Assembly: GCF_009914755.1 (NCBI RefSeq)
Contig: NC_060937.1
Direction: 5' to 3' (one strand)
DNA from: the human T2T-CHM13v2.0 reference genome, Homo sapiens
DNA: 64,000 bases
Shown here piece after piece: positions 59,462 through 64,000 of the stretch (the first letter of the stretch is position 1; the number at the start of each line of letters is the position of its first letter). The position numbers were made by a program, and so were the translations under genes. The notes under the pieces are model-generated. The model made no database searches and was not told the DNA's origin. It was given only the letters and a program-made list of their open reading frames with translations.

Positions 59462-59503
<42 letters not shown>

Positions 59504-59681
59504 GCCAGGCATGGTGGCGGGTTCCTGTACTCCCAGCTACTTGGGAGTCTGAGGCAGAGAATTGCTTGAACCTGAGAGGCAGAGGTTGCATTGTGCTGAG
59601 ATCATGCCACTGCACTCCAGCCTGGGTGACAGTGTCTGTCTCAAAATATAAAAACAACAACAACAAAAAAAAAAAAAAAAT
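59346..59681 (+). mobile_element. AluS (Sg-like) with A38 middle tract, inserted in a MIR
   Basis: 17-bp TSD gaaaaattgagaggtta at 59329-59345 and 59682-59698. Linker is a pure A run at 59464-59501. Confidence 0.95.
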
Positions 59682-59834
59682 GAAAAATTGAGAGGTTAAG
59701 TAACCTGCTCTGAGTCACCTACTAGCTAAACTAGAAGCCAAGTTAATCTGCCTACAAAGCCTATGATTTTAGCCACTCTACTAAAATCCTGGAACATTCT
59801 TTCCCCATCTAAGTGTTATCCTTCACATCTCAGT

Positions 59835-60607
59835 TGTATCAGCTTTCTATTGCTATCTGACAAATGCCACAAACTTAGCTGTCTAAATCATATATGTATA
59901 TATATGTATATATATATAGAGAGAGAGAGAGAATATATGTATAGAATAAATATATACTCTAAATCATACATATATATATGTATTCTCTTAACAGTTTCCA
60001 TGAGCCAAGAGTCTAAATGCATCCTAGTTAGGTCCTTTGATCAGGGTCTCACAAGACTTCAGTCTAGGTATTAGCTGGTCTACATTCTTTTCTGGAGCCC
60101 AGAGTCCTCTTCTAAGCTCACATGGTTAGCAGAATGTAATTCCCTGTGGTTGTAGGACCGAGGTTTCTGCTTTCGTACTGGCTGTCAGCCAGGAACTTCT
60201 CTCAGATTCTAGAGGCCACCACAGTTCCTTGTCATGTGGCCTGGCCTACTCACTGACTCTCTCACAATATGGCAGCTTACTTCATCAAAGCCAGGAGGCA
60301 AATCTCTCTCTCTTCTAGTCTCTTTTAAAGAGCTTACCTGATTAGGTCAGACCCACTCAAGGCAGTCTCCCTTTGGTTAACTTAAAGTCAATTAATGAGA
60401 AGCCTTAATAATATATGCTAAGTCCCCACACCTTTGCCATATAATTTAAGATAATCACAGAAGTTATATCATGTCACCTTTGCCATATTCTATGGATAGA
60501 AAGAAGTTACAGGACTTACCCAACACAGTTCAATGGAATTGAACTGTGGAAAAGACAGTTCAATGCCATTACTCATTGGAGATCATCTTAGAATTACACC
60601 TACCACA
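59835..60607 (-). mobile_element. MLT1 (E-like) solo LTR containing (TA)n(GA)n
   Basis: tgtatcagctttctattgct...ccacaaacttagc ... gggtctcacaag ... ctaccaca. 5-bp TSD tcagt / tcagc. Confidence 0.85.
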
Positions 60608-63467
60608 TCAGCGTTAACATCTCTTCCTTTAGTACCTTGCTGACCCCTAAAACTGAATTAGTCCCAACTCCCATGTACTTTCCTGCACTTAACCATCATA
60701 GAATGTATCCTACAGTATTGCGATGGCTCATTCCCTGCTAAAAGTTAAGCCCTTCCAGCCAGAGATTTTCTCTTGCTCACCAGCGTATCTGCAGCATCCT
60801 TCTCAGTCCTTGGCAATTTTTCAGCATGTGACAAATGGAAGCAATTATTATTCACACAACATTCTTCAGAAATATTAGTGCTTTCCAATAAATAAGGTTT
60901 AAGTGTCATATTACCTGCTTGGATTTTTACCCAGTTCTCGTATTCAGCCAATATCTTCACAGACACATAACAAGTCAAAAGTTTACATTACACTGACAAA
61001 TAATATTCCTCATATCGCCGCTAACAGCAGATTTCTGGTTTATTTATTTTCTCGCTGTTTTCTTATAGAGATGCTCTAATGCTTGCAATGCCACTTATAT
61101 GTTCTAGTTTCACAATGCATTATTAAGTAAGCAGAACTTCAAGCCAAAGTTTTTTTGCATTATATAAAAAGAAAAAAAATTACCGAATCAAAGACTGAAA
61201 CAGTAGTCCTAAATTCAGGGTTAAAATGAAAAAAGTGTAAACCATGGAAAAATTATATTAGCACAATGTTTTAAAACACCTACAGGCAAGAAAGTCTATG
61301 AGGAAAAAAATAAAATATTTTGAAACAAAATAAAGGGCAAAGTTGCAACAGAAAATAGATCCGTAGAGGGGAAAATGTTTTAAAGTCCTCAACCGTAATT
61401 CCACAATGGCTTACTCTATCTAGATAAGCAATTCAAATTACAGTGGAAACTGGAAACTGACATTTATCATTCACTTAAAAATCTACAATGCTATGTATCT
61501 GCATTCATAGGTAATTTAAATTCCATAATATTACCTTTAAAAAATATGTCTGAAATTTAACTTTTTCACAAGTGGAGACAGTGTATACTTTTTCAGGCTA
61601 TAGCTGAAACTCCCAGAAGTTTGATCTATGTTACTTTAGCAATTATGCAGGTAAAGAACTACCATGTGGACAATATTTTAATAGTCCTTTGCTCTGTTTC
61701 CAGGTAAGTCTATCACTGGGATAACCACAAACATGTGACAGTGCTGTAATTATTAAAGACATAAAGACAGGCTTGGAATTCAGAAGACTTTCAAATGATG
61801 GCTTACAGCAGTCTTTTAAAAAGTTATAAGGAAACTCCATAACCAGTTTATTGCTCCATTAGGAAAAAAAAAAAGATATCAGCTGTCTCCAACATGACTT
61901 AAGGATTTTCTCTCAGTGATGGACCTAGCTTCAAAATTCCCAAGAAAGCCTGTAAATCATGCATAAAAGTAGATGTAAGTTTAAATGCTCTGGGCTGCTC
62001 AGAGTGGAGAGAGGACCAAAAGATGGAGAAGAAATGTTTGGTCCTTGAAAAGTCAGAGAGTAAATAAATATAAGAAAGTGAGCCTAGAAGAACAGAGTTT
62101 ATTTCTTATTTTGTGCCTTATCTATGTTTAAAGACAGACCTAGAATATGCTCTGTACCTGGCAATTGTGCTCTCTTGTCCCAGTAAGAATACCATGAAAA
62201 AGGAGGATGTACAAGGCCCAGCAAACCTTTTGCAGGCTGAAGAGAAATTGGCAGCATAATGATATCTGAAATCTATATTTATCAGGCTCTTACAGTAAAC
62301 TCTGCTTTCTGCTGTCTATTAATAGCTTTCAGTTCTGCAAATCTGTAGTCAAAAGATAGCCAATGTCCATAATGATGACCAGAGGGCTGCAAGAGCTTCC
62401 TGCCCCATCAAGAGATGTCACATGTCCTTCAAGCCCTGAGCTCCAACCATTCCTGTCAGGCTTGTGCTATTCAGCACACCTTCTGGGAGGAAGCCCTATG
62501 CCTTTCTTAGGGTCATTTCTAGCAGCTCAGAATTCCTCCCCATGCTAGCATGACACTAAGCCCAAAGTAAGGGGCTCCATAAGTACTTGTTGAATTAATG
62601 AGTGGAAGTCAATGTTATATCAATTTTTCCCCCTTAAGCTTGTCTTTACTCCTCAGGCTGCAGTGGATAGCACTATTTACTCGTGCATATTGGGGATTTT
62701 CCTCTGAATGCTCATGAACTTCACCCTTTCCCAAGGACTCTACACTAAGTGTCCGTATTTTGTCAAAAGGTCTCTTATAATTTCTTTTATACAATACCCA
62801 CCCCTGCCACCTTACACTCTGATTGCCTGCAACAATATCTGGCACATAGGTGGTGCTCAATACATTTCCCTTACCACATTATCTTTTCTGGGTTGCTATG
62901 ATACTAATACTACTAATACCCATACACTTTTCTAAATTGCATTAGTCACTGTTTTTCAGACACAACCTAAATTCTTCCCTGTTGTTCTCTCATTTCTTAA
63001 TGTCCTCCATGCCTTGGTCCATCAGTGAATATTCTCTTTATTCGCAAAGGCCTAGGTCAAATCTCTCTTCCTCCAGGAAGCCTTCTTTGGCTATTAATGT
63101 TCTTCCCTACTCCAAACTCCAATACTGCTGAGGCTGATCCTCTATTCCATTAATTCCCCTCACAAAGAAGGCTTAAAATAAAATGTAATAAATAAACATT
63201 TTATTTTAGGAATTCGAGTGTTTTATCTTCAAGATGAAAATGACTTTAGATTTAATCATAGAAATTTTGGACATTTGGAATAAGGCTGCTTATTCTCTAA
63301 TAAAAGCAGAATACAAAGGTAAATATGTTAACTTTACCCAAAGGAATGATCTTTACTTATCATTATATAATGACTACAAATCAATTTAATTTGGTAAAAA
63401 GAAAGAAAGAAAGAACAGTAACAATTGTGAACATTTTGAGGCAATTTGTTAATTGACTGAATTTTAA

Positions 63468-63769
<302 letters not shown>

Positions 63770-64000
63770 TGAATTTTAATTTTTAAAATAGCTTTCCCTG
63801 TGCTAAACAGAAGAAGGCCTAAGCTTTGGATTTCTGAACAGATAGCACAATACTCCATGTTTATAAAATTGCCCAATCAATTCAATTAGTGAATATTTCT
63901 AACACGGTTTGTAAATGGTATGTACAAAAAGGGCTGTTTTTTCCCCCAAGATAACCCAGTTAGGCTTGACAGCTTGTTTATAATAGTACCCTGAAGACAC

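Overview
AT-rich, CpG-depleted primate genomic DNA, almost certainly human because it carries an essentially unmutated AluYb8. It looks like intronic or intergenic sequence. I recognise no host protein-coding exon, RNA gene or CRISPR-like array, and the short ORFs in the track are repeat-derived or chance. The window is a layered transposon landscape. A full-length but dead L1PA3-type LINE-1 (minus strand, 52449-58971) sits in a MIR and itself hosts the AluYb8. There are about ten other Alus/FLAM, several L1 3' fragments, solo LTRs (THE1, MER57, LTR16-like, two MLT1), DNA transposon fossils and many MIR/L2 relics. Structure not explained by repeats includes two diverged local duplications, a young 79-bp tandem duplication, an AT-rich palindrome, several fold-back or templated micro-insertions, candidate regulatory islands and a speculative minus-strand first exon. 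I find no evidence for a new biological system. All repeat subfamily calls come from recalled consensus sequences and need RepeatMasker/Dfam confirmation.
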